Positions 62,595 through 64,000 of a DNA stretch of 64,000 bases are shown here, in pieces. A program made the position numbers and the translations under genes. The notes beneath the pieces are model-generated. The model saw only the letters and a program-made list of their open reading frames with translations, searched no databases and was not told the origin of the DNA. How positions within the stretch are numbered: position 1 is the stretch's first letter; each line of letters opens with the position of its first letter. This stretch comes from an uncultured Methanoregulaceae archaeon. Lineage in GTDB: Archaea > Halobacteriota > Methanomicrobia > Methanomicrobiales > Methanospirillaceae. The stretch spans positions 2,240,001-2,304,000 of the forward strand of contig CAVTTL010000001.1 in the NCBI GenBank assembly GCA_963737635.1, read 5' to 3'.

Positions 62595-63692
62595 CTATTC
62601 CAGCGTACGCCGGAACGTTATGATTCCAAGGATAATCATTATTGATGAGAAAATCAAGAGGGCAATGATATCCATCGCAATTACATTGAACCCTTGGTTT
62701 CTTAGGATGATGCTCCTCAATGCATGTATACCATAAAACTCCGGATTGATGACCGTGATCCAGCGCAGCCAGCCGGGCATACCGATCACCGGGTAAAAGG
62801 CCCCTGAGGTCATAAAGAGAATAAGATTGAAAAACGCAATAATTGGCCCGTATTCCTGCTGCGATGAAAACCGGGATGCAAAGGAGACGACAAAACTGGT
62901 TACCCCAATACTGGCAATCAGGATGACAAGCAAGACGAGCAAAAAATCCTGGAAACTCTGGAGCGTAAGGCCGGTGACCAGCAGATCGATCCAGAAGATA
63001 ACGAATCCCGCGATAAATGCACGCACGGCACCACTGGAAATAATCCCAAAGATGATACTGGATCGTTTCACCGGCGTGACCAGATAGCCTTCGTGGATAC
63101 CGTTCTCCCGGTCCTTGATGAGCGCAATCCCTCCGCCAAATGAAGTTGAGGTAAAGATGGCCATCATGATCACACCCACGCCAAAGAACTGAATATAGGT
63201 GATATCCCCGTAGATCTTGTCGACGTCGATAGGGTTGTGCGCCTTAAGATCCAGGAGGATCTGGCTTACGGCAGCATCAACCAGCGGGGGAGTTATAGAA
63301 TCTGAACTGTCGACGTAAAGCCTGACGGCGTTATCGTTTGAAACTGACGAGGGAAATACGATGACCGCAGAGAGTTTCCCATTCTCCAGGTCCTGTTTGG
63401 CCTGAGATTCATCCGGGTAAACCGTAACATCCAACTGTTTCTCTGCGTAGTTCTGGCTGCCCTGGCTGATATGGTTGAGCTGGTACGCGGCATTCGTAAA
63501 GAGCGGCGTATCATTGTACGGCGGGACTTCTTGGACGACACCCACCGGGATGTGACTGATCGTCCCCCCGAGTGCGTTTCCGAAAACCACCAGGTACATC
63601 AAGGGGATAAGGAGGGACGTTATTACGATTACCGGGTTATTCAGGAATTTCTTGAAATCCCGTTTGAAGATTGCCCGGGGGGCCCTCAGCAT
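62595..63692 (-). CDS. ABC-2 type transporter permease
   Basis: N-terminal TM, extracellular loop, KDRENG..GYLVTPV, SGAFYP..MPGWLRWI..NPEFYGIHALR. Confidence 0.9.
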   Translation of the reverse strand: MLRAPRAIFKRDFKKFLNNPVIVITSLLIPLMYLVVFGNALGGTISHIPVGVVQEVPPYNDTPLFTNAAYQLNHISQGSQNYAEKQLDVTVYPDESQAKQDLENGKLSAVIVFPSSVSNDNAVRLYVDSSDSITPPLVDAAVSQILLDLKAHNPIDVDKIYGDITYIQFFGVGVIMMAIFTSTSFGGGIALIKDRENGIHEGYLVTPVKRSSIIFGIISSGAVRAFIAGFVIFWIDLLVTGLTLQSFQDFLLVLLVILIASIGVTSFVVSFASRFSSQQEYGPIIAFFNLILFMTSGAFYPVIGMPGWLRWITVINPEFYGIHALRSIILRNQGFNVIAMDIIALLIFSSIMIILGIITFRRTLE

Positions 63693-63933
63693 GACAACCG
63701 CCTCCTGTCTTTTCCAGGTCTCCTATCGCTCATCTGGCTGGTCATGCATACCTAACCTTACAATTACCCCGGTGATTTTAAGAGATATGATAGTACGTAA
63801 TTTACCCCGGTTAATCTTTCTCATTTTAGAACCCCCGTGTTCGAGCCTGATTTTATTACCCGAAAATAGACTTATTATCGACTTCTTCTGCTTGGAACTT
63901 ACTAATCTGATTTGGTGAAAGGTAGCTGAACGA

Positions 63934-63952
63934 TTGTGAAATATTTTCACAA
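63934..63952. promoter_or_regulatory. Perfect 8-3-8 palindrome, candidate operator upstream of the ABC permease
   Basis: TTGTGAAA-TAT-TTTCACAA. Confidence 0.4.
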
Positions 63953-64000
63953 AGGTTCATGTCATTTGCAGTATCAGTCGTAAAACCAATAACCGCCGAA

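Noticed and set aside
63934-63952. Rex operator
   Set aside because: The spacer between TTGTGAA and TTCACAA is 5 nt rather than 4, and Rex is a bacterial regulator. Kept only as a generic palindrome.
1-64000. CRISPR arrays, tRNA/rRNA genes, transposases, integrases, defence systems
   Set aside because: No regularly spaced repeats, cloverleaf-like sequences or matching protein motifs were seen by manual reading.

Overview
This is a chromosomal window from a methanogenic archaeon, most consistent with Methanomicrobiales (Methanoregula-like). The evidence is the archaeal ADH/DHQ route to aromatics, two PAN ATPases, MBF1, archaeal TIM, many REC-PAS histidine kinases and PEGA surface proteins. 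It carries serS, an NRAMP/MgtE-type Mg2+ uptake operon, a pgk/phosphohexomutase/gpmA cluster, cimA-ilvB-ilvH, a ppk1-CHAD/HD-ppx polyphosphate operon, an 8-gene aromatic amino acid operon with convergent aroD, a long U32/RlhA-like protein and tpiA. About 15 single-base indels split otherwise intact genes, including housekeeping genes; these look like sequencing or assembly errors rather than pseudogenes. I saw no rRNA, tRNA, CRISPR array or transposase. The main candidate for a new system is an AT-richer block at about 16.3-22.4 kb. There an acetate channel (SatP) is translationally coupled to a soluble PAS chemoreceptor, followed by CheW and a pseudo-receiver, and faces a winged-helix PAS histidine kinase across a promoter with repeated operator-like motifs. 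Other candidates are a Phe/Tyr-containing leader peptide with an RBS-sequestering hairpin before the aro operon, a structured leader before the Mg2+ transporter, and an orphan long RNA hairpin at 557-645. All calls come from reading the sequence; no database searches were run.
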